This document shows, piece after piece, positions 42,121 to 51,045 of a stretch of DNA of 64,000 bases. A program made the position numbers and the translations under genes. How positions within the stretch are numbered: the stretch's first letter is position 1; the number at the start of each line of letters is the position of its first letter. Source of the stretch: Deltaproteobacteria bacterium (GTDB taxonomy: Bacteria; Myxococcota; Kuafuiibacteriia; Kuafuiibacteriales; Kuafuiibacteriaceae); assembly GCA_040218735.1 (NCBI GenBank), contig JAVJQW010000062.1:288001-352000 (forward strand), written 5' to 3'. The notes under the pieces are model-generated. The model did no database searches and was not told the DNA's origin. It saw nothing but the letters and a program-made list of their open reading frames with translations.

Positions 42121-42321
42121 GCGGCAGGAGCGCGGGCGAGGCAGGCGAAGTGCGGTCCGGTCCGAAACAGAGTCGGGCCGGCGAAGCGGGACCAGAGGGC
42201 CTGAGCCGAACCAACCGGACGGCCGCAGGAACGCGCGGGCGAAGCGGAACCCGACGGAGCCAAGCGGGTCCCAGCGGACGACGCAGAGCGGGACCGATGA
42301 AGCGGTACCCGCGCAACGAGG

Positions 42322-43755
42322 TCAGGAGCGCGCGGTCACGGAGACCAGCTGCTGATCCGTAAGCTTGTGGATCGTGCGGAAGACCTCGAACGTGGGGCGC
42401 GCCACGGAACGCAGCAGATCACCGACGGTGCGGCGCCCGTCGACGTGCTCGAGGACCAGGCGATCCTCCGGGCGCAGCGCCTGCAGCACTTCGTCGTTCG
42501 ACTCGACGCGGCCCAGGACGGTCTGCAGATCCCCGACGCGCGCGGCGATCCGCTGCCACTCGTCGAGCCGGCGCATCCCCTCCAGGAGGAGGTGATGCAC
42601 GGGGAGCGCGACGCGGGCGTTCTTCGCCTCCTCGGGGAGCGGCTCCTGCGCGAACACCGAGAACCGGCCCGTCGTCCAGCGCACGACCTCGAAGAACAGC
42701 TCCTCGGTCTGCTTCTGCAGCGCGTCCTCGAGGTGCGACTCGTCGATGTGCCCGAGCGTTAGCAGGCGCTGACCGATCCACCCCGACAGACCCGCGCGCG
42801 GATCCAGCGTGCGATCGATGTCGCGATCCGTGACGTGCCCCGCCGCGACCAACATCCGCCCGAGCGTGAAGCCCACCGGCATGTTGTCCTGGCGCGCGAA
42901 CACGATGCTGCTCCCGTCGTAGAAGACCTCGATCGCCGATCCCTCGCGCTCCAACCGGCAGCGGGCCGGCGCTTCGACGGTCGTGGCGAGCTGAAGGATC
43001 TGATCCACGGCCATGTGGCCGATGAACCCCGCGACGACGAGCTTCCGATCCCCGACCGGATCCGCCTCCGCGACCTGACCGCGGAGCGACTCGCGATCGA
43101 GCACCATCTCACACGCACGCACGCACGCTTGGTGCCGTGCGGGATCGAGCTGGAGCCCCTCGTGGGCGAGGACCGAGCGCAGCTCGGCGTCGAGGCGCGC
43201 GGTGCGGGTCAGGATGCCCGGGTTCGTGGCGTCGTCGTACGCGGAGGCGACTTCCTCCTGCAGCAGGCCGGCGAACGGGAAGATGTCGGTCTTGGCGTGC
43301 GGCCCCAGCTCCTCGAGCGCCTCGCGGGCCACGCTCGCGACCTCGCTCGGGAGAATCGGCTCGGTGCGCTCCGCCCAACCGTCCGTCGCGCGCTCCACGG
43401 CGGCGAGGAGGCGATCCGGCGCGAAGGGCTTCTCGAGGACGTCGGTGATCTCGACGTCGATGCCGATGAACTGGCCCTGCAGATCCTCCAGACGCGGCGG
43501 GTGCCCCTTTTGCGCGGTCATGATCAGCATCAGACCGCCCGACGGGCGGGTCGACGCGAGGCCGGCGAGGAGCGCGTTGTCCGCTTGGCGGTGGTCGACG
43601 AGGACGAGGTCCACGCGGCGCTGACGAGCGAGCTGAAGGGCGTGACGGACGTTCGACACGGCCAAGACCGCGAAGCCGGCCTTCACCAGGACGTTACGAG
43701 CGACGATCAGGATGCCCGGGTTGGGCTCCACCATCAGGATCGTCTGCGCGCTCAT
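42322..43755 (-). CDS. Response regulator with DUF4388 (PATAN-like) domain
   Basis: N-terminal REC (VLVD, MTA, EKPF), DUF4388 region (WTTGRFSV, LLLEGMRRLDEW) and winged-helix end. Confidence 0.88.
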   Translation of the reverse strand: MSAQTILMVEPNPGILIVARNVLVKAGFAVLAVSNVRHALQLARQRRVDLVLVDHRQADNALLAGLASTRPSGGLMLIMTAQKGHPPRLEDLQGQFIGIDVEITDVLEKPFAPDRLLAAVERATDGWAERTEPILPSEVASVAREALEELGPHAKTDIFPFAGLLQEEVASAYDDATNPGILTRTARLDAELRSVLAHEGLQLDPARHQACVRACEMVLDRESLRGQVAEADPVGDRKLVVAGFIGHMAVDQILQLATTVEAPARCRLEREGSAIEVFYDGSSIVFARQDNMPVGFTLGRMLVAAGHVTDRDIDRTLDPRAGLSGWIGQRLLTLGHIDESHLEDALQKQTEELFFEVVRWTTGRFSVFAQEPLPEEAKNARVALPVHHLLLEGMRRLDEWQRIAARVGDLQTVLGRVESNDEVLQALRPEDRLVLEHVDGRRTVGDLLRSVARPTFEVFRTIHKLTDQQLVSVTARS

Positions 43756-43854
43756 GCCCCCGTCCGCGACGCGCCGCCGAAGTGGACGACCGTCGCCTCG
43801 ATCAGGTGACAGTTAGGCCCCAAATGTGACGCGGGGCAAGAGGGCGGGCGGGGG

Positions 43855-44673
43855 TCACCCCCCATAGGTGGAGACTTCGAGTGTACGGTCCACGAAGACC
43901 GTTCGACCGGGCTCGATGCGCGTCCATCCGGGGCGCCCCTCGGGGACGTGGGCGGCGATCACGACGGCGCGGAAGCGCTTCAGCGCAGCGACGACGCGCT
44001 TGAAGTCGGTCATGGCGGGATCGGGTGCGCCCTCGGGCAGGCGCTCGAGGCCCTCGACGACGCGATAGGAGACCGGGACGCCCGAAGTCACGACCATCAC
44101 GCCGCGGCCGTTGGTTGCGACGTAGGCCGCGTCGACGGTGTCGCCGCTCTCGGTGGCGAGGCTCTCGATGGTCTTGGCGGTGGTCTCCAGTCCCCGCGCG
44201 AGGTCTTCGTTGGTGACCAGGGGATCGTCCAGCTTCCCGGAGCGGAAGAGCTCCGCGAGGAACATCGCGAACGCGAGGTCACCTGTTCCGTCGCGAGACA
44301 GATCCGAGCGGACGAAGTCCGGGAGTCGGTCCACGATCCGCTGGCGCATCGCACCGAGCGCGCTGAGGTCGCCGGAGGTCCCGAACAGCCAGCGCCGGAA
44401 GCGATACGGCGGGACGGCGTCCCGGTTGCCGTTCTCCTGAGCGCAGGCCACGACGACGCGGCTCTTCACCTGCGACGCGAGCTCGTAGGCGCTACGCTGG
44501 GCGAGCAGCTCGCCGGGCTTCTTGATGACGAGCGCGCGGTCGTCGGCGAAGTAGCCGAGCCCCCACTGCTCGCGCTCCGCCGTCTCGGACGCGACGAGCT
44601 CGCCCTCCAGGGCGAACAGGTGCGCCGGCATGTAGTCGGCATCATTGGCTAGAGTCGCGAGCAAGTAGCTCAT
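43855..44673 (-). CDS. Class II glutamine amidotransferase-like (Ntn fold), catalytic residues degenerate
   Basis: WGLGYF, PPYRFRRWLF and ATNGR motifs. Starts MSYLL instead of MC. RBS GAGG. Confidence 0.75.
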   Translation of the reverse strand: MSYLLATLANDADYMPAHLFALEGELVASETAEREQWGLGYFADDRALVIKKPGELLAQRSAYELASQVKSRVVVACAQENGNRDAVPPYRFRRWLFGTSGDLSALGAMRQRIVDRLPDFVRSDLSRDGTGDLAFAMFLAELFRSGKLDDPLVTNEDLARGLETTAKTIESLATESGDTVDAAYVATNGRGVMVVTSGVPVSYRVVEGLERLPEGAPDPAMTDFKRVVAALKRFRAVVIAAHVPEGRPGWTRIEPGRTVFVDRTLEVSTYGG

Positions 44674-44820
44674 AGTCGTTTCCTCACGGACGTCCGAGTC
44701 GACGCGCTTCTTCAAACGAGAAGCACGCGAACGGCGTTCAACATTCCACGGAGCCGAGCGACGAATCGCCGGGGCCCCTCCAGTGTAGGGGCCCCGATCC
44801 CCGCTCGCAAGGTAGGCGAA

Positions 44821-45098
44821 AAGCGCGCAGCACGCCGAACGCGAGCAAAGGGGCCGCGGGACCGGCTTGCCGGACCGCGGCAAGCGAAGCGCGCAGCACG
44901 CCGAAGGCGAGCGAAGGGGCCGCGGGACCGGCTTGCCGGACCGCGGCAAGCGAAGCGCGCAGCGAGCCGAAGGCGAGCGAAGGGGCCGCGGGACCGGCTT
45001 GCCGGACCGCGAACGGCCCGGACCGGCAAGCGAAGCGCGCAGCGAGCCGAAGGCGAGCGAAGGGGCCGCGGGACCGGCTTGCCGGACCGCGAACGGCC
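44821..45098. repeat. Intergenic REP-like palindromic repeat, 4 units of about 66 bp
   Basis: AAGCGCGCAGC at 44821, 44887, 44953 and 45033. Each unit carries a GCGGGACCGGCTTGCCGGACCGC hairpin. Confidence 0.92.
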
Positions 45099-45180
45099 CT
45101 GTACGGCCCCGACTGGCGCGGTGGAAAGGTGTGCTATACGCTCGCGCGGTCTACATGAGGGAGCAGACGGGGGTGGTCGC

Positions 45181-46755
45181 GTGACCGAGCGTGCGATGGG
45201 CATCGACCTAGGCACCAGCTACAGCTGTGTCGCCATCATCGAGGATGGGGTACCGACGGTCGTCCCCAATGAATGGGGTGAACGCACCCACGCCTCGGTG
45301 GTGTCGTTCATGGAGGACGGTCGCGTCCTCGTCGGTAACGACGCCAAGAAACAGATCATCACGAATCCGGAGAACACCGTGTACTCCGCGAAACGCCTCG
45401 TCGGGCGCTTCTTCTTCTCCGAAGAGGTGCGCAAAGCGCGGAGCGTCGTGCCCTACAACATCGTCGAAGGGCCCAACAATTCCGTGCGCATCCGCATCCG
45501 CGACACGATGTACTCGCCACCGGAGGTGTCCGCGATCGTCCTCAAGGAGATGCGGCAGATCGTCGAGAACCACACCGGCGACACCATCACCAAAGCGGTC
45601 ATCACCGTCCCGGCGTACTTCAACGACAACCAGCGCCAGGCCACCAAGGACGCCGGCAAGATCGCCGGCCTCGAGGTCCTCCGCATCATCAACGAGCCGA
45701 CGGCGGCTGCCCTCACGTACGGGTTCGGCCAGGGCTACCACCAGCGCGTCGCGCTCTACGACCTCGGCGGCGGCACGTTCGACATCTCGATCCTCGACAT
45801 CGGCGACGACGTCTTCGAGGTCATCTCCACCGCCGGCGACACCTACCTGGGCGGCGACGACTTCGACGATCGGATCATGCACTGGCTCGCGGACTCGTTC
45901 CAACAGCAGCAGGGCGTGGACCTCCGTCAGGACAAGTACGCGCTACAGAAGCTCAAGGAGGCGGCCGAGAAGGCGAAGATCGGCCTGTCGGAGCACGAGG
46001 TCGTCCAGATCCACATCCCGCTGATCTACACGGACGAAAACGGCTACTCGCTCGACTTCTCCACCACCCTCTCCCGCGCCGAGTTCAACCAGATGGTGAT
46101 GGACCTCGTGCAGCGCACCTTCAAGGTGTGCGACGAGGCCCTGCAGTCGGCGCGCATCACCGCGTCGGACATCGACTGTGTGATCCTCGTCGGCGGCCCG
46201 ACGCGCCTACCGATCATCCGCAGCTCGGTGCGCCACTACTTCCAGAAGCAGCCGCTCACGGACGTCGATCCGGACGAGGTCGTCGCGATGGGCGCCGCCA
46301 TCCAGGCGCACGCGCTGCTCGACAACCAGCAGTCCACGTTCCTCCTCGACGTCACCCCCCTCACGCTGCGTCTCGCGACCGTCGGCGGGTACACCGAGAA
46401 GGTCATCGACAAGAACACGCCGATCCCGATCGACCGCACACGCTCCTTCACGACGGCGGCCGACCACCAGGAGCGGGTGAAGATCCGCATCTATCAAGGT
46501 GAGTCGAACCTCGCCGATGAGAACGTCATGCTCGGGGAGTTCGAATTCTCGGGCTTCCGCGTGGCGCCACGCGGTGAGGTGACCATCGAAGTGACGTTCG
46601 AAATCGACACCGACGGCATCGTGAACGTGTCCGCGCGCGACCTCGAGACGGGCGCGCAGGCGAGCACGACGATCAACCTGAGCTCCGGCCTCTCCAACGA
46701 CGAGGTCGACCAGGCGATCGCGCGCAACGAAGAGCTCATGGTGTCGAACCGCTGA
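45181..46755 (+). CDS. Hsp70 (DnaK-like) family protein, short form lacking the lid
   Basis: GIDLGTSYS, TVPAYFNDNQRQATKDAG, INEPTAAAL, DLGGGTFDIS and FEIDTDGIVNVSA motifs; about 524 aa. Confidence 0.95.
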   Translation: MTERAMGIDLGTSYSCVAIIEDGVPTVVPNEWGERTHASVVSFMEDGRVLVGNDAKKQIITNPENTVYSAKRLVGRFFFSEEVRKARSVVPYNIVEGPNNSVRIRIRDTMYSPPEVSAIVLKEMRQIVENHTGDTITKAVITVPAYFNDNQRQATKDAGKIAGLEVLRIINEPTAAALTYGFGQGYHQRVALYDLGGGTFDISILDIGDDVFEVISTAGDTYLGGDDFDDRIMHWLADSFQQQQGVDLRQDKYALQKLKEAAEKAKIGLSEHEVVQIHIPLIYTDENGYSLDFSTTLSRAEFNQMVMDLVQRTFKVCDEALQSARITASDIDCVILVGGPTRLPIIRSSVRHYFQKQPLTDVDPDEVVAMGAAIQAHALLDNQQSTFLLDVTPLTLRLATVGGYTEKVIDKNTPIPIDRTRSFTTAADHQERVKIRIYQGESNLADENVMLGEFEFSGFRVAPRGEVTIEVTFEIDTDGIVNVSARDLETGAQASTTINLSSGLSNDEVDQAIARNEELMVSNR

Positions 46756-46784
46756 GCCGGTTCTCGCGCTGAGGAGACGAGGAC

Positions 46785-47318
46785 GTGCCGGACGATCCCA
46801 ACGTGCACCCGCACTGGGCCGCAGAGACGAAGCAGATCGCGCGGAGCCTCAACCAGCTCGACTACTTTCAGGTCCTCGGCGCCACGCCCCAGGCGACGCT
46901 CGAGGAGCTGAAGGCCAAGTACCACCAGCTCCAGCGCAACTATCACCCCGACTCGTTCTTCTCCTCGCCCGACGACGACCTCAAACGCGCCGTCACCGCG
47001 ATCGCCAAACGCGTCGCCGAGGCCTACGTCATCCTGCGCGACCCGGAGAAACGCGCGAAGTACACCCGCGACATCGGCGGCCCCGACCGCGCCGAGAAGC
47101 TCCGCTACACCGAGAACACGCAGCGCGAGCAACGCATCGAGAAAGAGCAGGAGACCGGCATGACGCCGCAGGGTCGCAAGCTCTGGAAGAAGGCGATGGA
47201 GTCCGAGAAGAAGGGCGACATCGCGGGCGCGATCCGGGACCTGAAGACCGCCCTGCTCTTCGAGCGCGACAACGAGCTGTTCAAGGCGAAGATCGAAGAG
47301 CTCTCCGCGGCCGACTAA
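46785..47318 (+). CDS. J-domain protein with C-terminal TPR-like helices
   Basis: DYFQVLG...YHPD...EAYVILRDPEKRAKY. Confidence 0.92.
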   Translation: MPDDPNVHPHWAAETKQIARSLNQLDYFQVLGATPQATLEELKAKYHQLQRNYHPDSFFSSPDDDLKRAVTAIAKRVAEAYVILRDPEKRAKYTRDIGGPDRAEKLRYTENTQREQRIEKEQETGMTPQGRKLWKKAMESEKKGDIAGAIRDLKTALLFERDNELFKAKIEELSAAD

Positions 47319-47740
47319 GAACGCTCGCGCAGCGCGGTCGCGAACACCTCCGGAGCCAGCCCCCGCGTCCGCGCGAACGCGTCGCGTGAACGCCGCTCCC
47401 AGAGCGGCAAGAGCGTCACCCGCGTGACGGCCCACGTCAGGCCGACCAACCCGCCGCAGCAGACCACGCTCAACGCAGCGGTGCCGTTGACGTGATAGAA
47501 ACCGCGAAGCACCGCCTGCACCTCGACCAGCACGAAGTAGCCGGGGACGAGCAGGACGACGAACGCGACCAGCGCGGCCACCTTGTGGAGGTTCACCCGA
47601 CGCTCACGAGCCAACGTGTAGCGATACACCAGCTCGTCGAAGTCCGTGCCGGCCACTTCGCCGTCGATCGCCGCGTTTGGCGGCGCGTAGGGGTCGCCGG
47701 TCACATCCGCCAGGGTGCGCGCGAATATCTCGTTTGCCAA
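47315..47740 (-). CDS. Hypothetical membrane protein
   Basis: DPYAPP motif and two TM segments; 141 aa. Confidence 0.6.
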   Translation of the reverse strand: MANEIFARTLADVTGDPYAPPNAAIDGEVAGTDFDELVYRYTLARERRVNLHKVAALVAFVVLLVPGYFVLVEVQAVLRGFYHVNGTAALSVVCCGGLVGLTWAVTRVTLLPLWERRSRDAFARTRGLAPEVFATALRERS

Positions 47741-47769
47741 AACGAATCGGTCTTCGCGACGCTCTCGCC

Positions 47770-48582
47770 ATGGAGAGCCGCTCCATTCACGCCCGGATCG
47801 CCGCAGCCGAAGACTCGGGCGAGGCCGCCGCGCTGGTGACCGTCGTCGGCGCGACCGGCTCCACGCCGCGCTCGCCGGGCGCGCGGATGCTCGTGTTCGC
47901 GGACGGCTCGATCGCGGGAACGATCGGCGGCGGCACCGTCGAGGAGCAAGCGATCGGCGCCGCGAAGAAGACGCTCGAAGACGGTCGCCCGCAGGTCCTC
48001 GAGTACCAGCTCACGAAGCAGCTCGGCATGTGCTGCGGCGGGAGCGTCACGCTGTTCGTCGAGCGCATCGGCGGGCAGCCCCGCCTGATCGTCTTCGGCG
48101 CCGGGCACGTCGGCACCGCGCTCACGCGCATGGCGACCCTGTCCGGCTTCGCGGTGCACGTCGCCGACGAACGCGAAGAGCTCCTCAACGCGGAGCGCCT
48201 CCCGGACGCGCGCGCGCTGTACGACGACCTCGACGACCCCGCCCTCCCCTACGGCGACAACACGTTCGTCCTGGTCGTCACCCACGACCACGCGCTCGAC
48301 CAGCGACTCGTCGAGAAGATCCTGAAGAAGCCGCGCCGCTGGCTGGGGATGATCGGGAGCCGCCGCAAGGCGAAGCTGATGCGCGAACGACTCGAGACGA
48401 AGGGCTTCGACGCCGACGCGATCACCTCGGTGCGCGCGCCGGTCGGGCTCGCCATCGCAGCGGAGACCGCGGAGGAGATCGCGGTGTCGATCCTCGCCGA
48501 GCTGATCACCGTGCGCCGTGAAGGCACGCAGTTCCGGAGCGCGGAAGGCGCCGCCGTCGCGCCGCTGGAGACGAAGGCGTAG
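47770..48582 (+). CDS. xdhC: Xanthine dehydrogenase accessory protein XdhC/CoxI
   Basis: GSTPRSPGARM, GTIGGG, LGMCCGG, FGAGHVG, THDHALD and GMIGSRRK motifs. Confidence 0.94.
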   Translation: MESRSIHARIAAAEDSGEAAALVTVVGATGSTPRSPGARMLVFADGSIAGTIGGGTVEEQAIGAAKKTLEDGRPQVLEYQLTKQLGMCCGGSVTLFVERIGGQPRLIVFGAGHVGTALTRMATLSGFAVHVADEREELLNAERLPDARALYDDLDDPALPYGDNTFVLVVTHDHALDQRLVEKILKKPRRWLGMIGSRRKAKLMRERLETKGFDADAITSVRAPVGLAIAAETAEEIAVSILAELITVRREGTQFRSAEGAAVAPLETKA

Positions 48583-49130
48583 TGCCGATCGCTTCGGTGA
48601 TCCTCGCGGCGGGCCGCTCGCGGAGGCTGGGCGAGCCCAAAGCGCTCGTCGAGCTCGACGGCGAACGTGTCCTCGACCGCCTCGTCCGCGTCTACGCGGC
48701 CGCGAACCTCGATCCCGTACGGGTGGTCGTCTCCGACGCGATCGCCAACGAGGTCCCGGCGCCCGCCGTCGCCGTGCTCTCCGATCCGGACCGTGAGATG
48801 ATCGACTCGTTGATCGTGGGGCTCACCAACCTCGGCGACGTCGCCGGCGCGGTGGTGCAGCCGGTCGACGCCCCCTTCACGAGCGGCGCGATGCTCGACG
48901 CGCTCGTCGCCGAACCCGGCGACCGCTTCCGCGTGCTCACGCACGACGGGCGCCCCGGGCACCCCGTCTTCGTCCCCGCGGCGCGGTTCGCGGACGTCCT
49001 CAACCGCCCCGAAGGTGGCTTGCGCCGCCTCCTCGAACACGACCTGGAGTCCATCGAATGGAACGACGACCTGATCCTCGCCGACCTCGATCGTCCCGAA
49101 GACCTTCGGTACTGGCGCTCGCGCTCCTGA
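48582..49130 (+). CDS. MocA-like molybdenum cofactor cytidylyltransferase (NTP_transf_3)
   Basis: VILAAGRSRRLGEPKAL, PVDAP, GHPV and DLDRPED motifs; adjacent to xdhC. Confidence 0.85.
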   Translation: MPIASVILAAGRSRRLGEPKALVELDGERVLDRLVRVYAAANLDPVRVVVSDAIANEVPAPAVAVLSDPDREMIDSLIVGLTNLGDVAGAVVQPVDAPFTSGAMLDALVAEPGDRFRVLTHDGRPGHPVFVPAARFADVLNRPEGGLRRLLEHDLESIEWNDDLILADLDRPEDLRYWRSRS

Positions 49131-51043
49131 CCACGGCGTGCGGCGCGTCGCTGCCGACGCCCGAGTTCGAGCGCTTCGACTACGCGGTGATCCCGACGGC
49201 GTCGGACTTCCCGGACGTGCCGGCCGTCGTGCTCCTCGACCGCGGCGAGCTCGTCCTCACCGTGGACCCGAAGCGGCTCATCCCGATCGGGCGCCTGCGT
49301 CGCTACCGCCGGATCGAGATCCTCCGCGAGAGCGGGCTGAGCCGCGCGCGGATCGAGGTCCCGTACGATCCGGAGACCGGCGTGCACGGGCTGATCGCCC
49401 GCACCGTGCTCCCCGACGGCACGATCCTCGACGCCGACCCCGACAACATCACCGACACCCCCTACCCCGACGGCCGCCGCGCCAAAGCGATCGTCGCGCC
49501 CGGCGTCGTGCCCGGCGCGGTCGTCGAGTACACGTACGATCTCTACCGCGACGACCTGCGCTTCATCGCCCCGTGGGTCTTCCAGGCCGACATCCCCACG
49601 GTGCGCTCCGAGTACGCCGTCGCCGTTCCGCACGGCTACCAGGTCGACCTGCGCTACTCCGAAAAGGGCGACTTCGTGGACCGGCCTCCCGAGCGCTTCG
49701 ACATCGACGACGGCACACGCTTTTCGTGGTCGCTCTCGAACCTGCCGGCGCTCTTCGTCGAGGAGGGCATGCCGTCGAAGGAGCTCCTCGCGCCGCGCGC
49801 GCACGTGGTGTTCGTCTCCGGGAAGATCCGCGCGCGGACGTTCGAAGGCTTCGGGTCGTGGGACCAGGTCGGCAAGTGGTTCCTCTCGCGGATGCCGAAC
49901 TACCTCGAGATCTCCGACGACACGAAGGCCGAGGCGCGACGGGTCGCCGGGGACGCCTCCGACGAGGAGAAGGCGCTCAAGATCATGGAGGTGCTCGCGC
50001 GCGATCTGCCGGACCAGCCGGGCGCGATAGCGCCGCTGTACCGGACGCCGCTCGTGCACCCCGACGCGGTGCTCCGGCAGAAACGCGCGAACCCGACCAC
50101 GCGCGGGTTGTTGTTCGTCGCGCTGCTGCGCGCGTCGGGCGTGAACGCAATGCCGGCGCTGTTCGCACACCGCGACCAGGACGTGCTGCTCCCCGACCTC
50201 CCCACGGTGCGCGCGCTCGACGGCGTCGCGGCGGTGATCCCGCGCGAGCAGGGTCCGCTGATCCTCGATCCGTCGCAGCGCACGTTGTCGGCCGACGTCC
50301 CCTCGCCACGCCTGCAGGGCACGCGTGTCATCCAGCTCGTCAACGACGTCGCGGAGGTGCTGCGCGTACCGACGTCGGCGCCGAAGGACAGCCGCACGAC
50401 GATGAGCTTCGATCTCACGATCGACAAACGCGGTGATCTGTTCGGCAACGTCGAAGCGCGCCTCACCGGCGCCGAGGCGGGCGCGCTACGCGAGCAGCTC
50501 GCCGACGCCAAGCCGGAGGACTACGCCGAGATCGTGAGCAGCTTCCTGCGCGTGCGCGGCGCGGGACTCGGCGTGGAGTCGGTGAACATCGCCGACCGCA
50601 CGGCGCTCCGTCGGCCGCTCGTGCTCGAAGGCACCGTCGCGCTCCCGAAGCTCATCACCGGCGAAGCGACGGACATCGATCTGCGCCTCGGCCGCTTCAT
50701 CGGCTCCTCTGTCCAAGAGCTGCGCGAGGTTCGGCGCACGCCGATCACGTTGTCCGCGCCGAGCGAAGTCGAGGTCCGCGTCACGCTGACGATGCCGGAG
50801 GAGTGGTCCCACGCCGAGCTCCCGCCGGTCGCGACCGAGTCGTGGGACGGCGGACAGGTCGAGCTGTCGGTGCGCAGCGAGACGAGCCGACGTATCGGGA
50901 TGTTCCGAAAGTCCACGGTCGAAGCGCGCCGCATCGACCCGAAGAGCTACAGCCGCTTCCGGCGCTTCCACGAACGCGTGCGGATCGCGGAGGACGCGCG
51001 CGTGCTGGTGACGCGTCCGCCGCCTCGGCAGCTGGAGTACTGA
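49058..51043 (+). CDS. DUF3857 / transglutaminase-like lipoprotein
   Basis: Lipobox LLTTAC, AVVLLD, ARTVLPDG, PGAVVEYTY and WVFQ motifs. Start uncertain because it overlaps the upstream gene. Confidence 0.82.
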   Translation: MERRPDPRRPRSSRRPSVLALALLTTACGASLPTPEFERFDYAVIPTASDFPDVPAVVLLDRGELVLTVDPKRLIPIGRLRRYRRIEILRESGLSRARIEVPYDPETGVHGLIARTVLPDGTILDADPDNITDTPYPDGRRAKAIVAPGVVPGAVVEYTYDLYRDDLRFIAPWVFQADIPTVRSEYAVAVPHGYQVDLRYSEKGDFVDRPPERFDIDDGTRFSWSLSNLPALFVEEGMPSKELLAPRAHVVFVSGKIRARTFEGFGSWDQVGKWFLSRMPNYLEISDDTKAEARRVAGDASDEEKALKIMEVLARDLPDQPGAIAPLYRTPLVHPDAVLRQKRANPTTRGLLFVALLRASGVNAMPALFAHRDQDVLLPDLPTVRALDGVAAVIPREQGPLILDPSQRTLSADVPSPRLQGTRVIQLVNDVAEVLRVPTSAPKDSRTTMSFDLTIDKRGDLFGNVEARLTGAEAGALREQLADAKPEDYAEIVSSFLRVRGAGLGVESVNIADRTALRRPLVLEGTVALPKLITGEATDIDLRLGRFIGSSVQELREVRRTPITLSAPSEVEVRVTLTMPEEWSHAELPPVATESWDGGQVELSVRSETSRRIGMFRKSTVEARRIDPKSYSRFRRFHERVRIAEDARVLVTRPPPRQLEY

Positions 51044-51045
51044 GG

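Noticed and set aside
41862-42316. Repetitive ORFs across the 14-bp array
   Set aside because: The unit length is not a multiple of 3, the translations have no protein-like features, and the open frames reflect the lack of stop codons in the repeat.
44821-45098. Possible CRISPR array
   Set aside because: Units are near-identical along their full length with no unique spacers, and no cas genes are present.
44674-45180. N-terminal extensions of the amidotransferase-like and Hsp70 ORFs
   Set aside because: They run through the palindromic repeat array. Family-consistent starts are at 44673 and 45181 (or 45196).
45181-46755. Housekeeping dnaK
   Set aside because: Too short, lacks the lid and C-terminal tail, and has no grpE or canonical dnaJ beside it, so the gene symbol was withheld.
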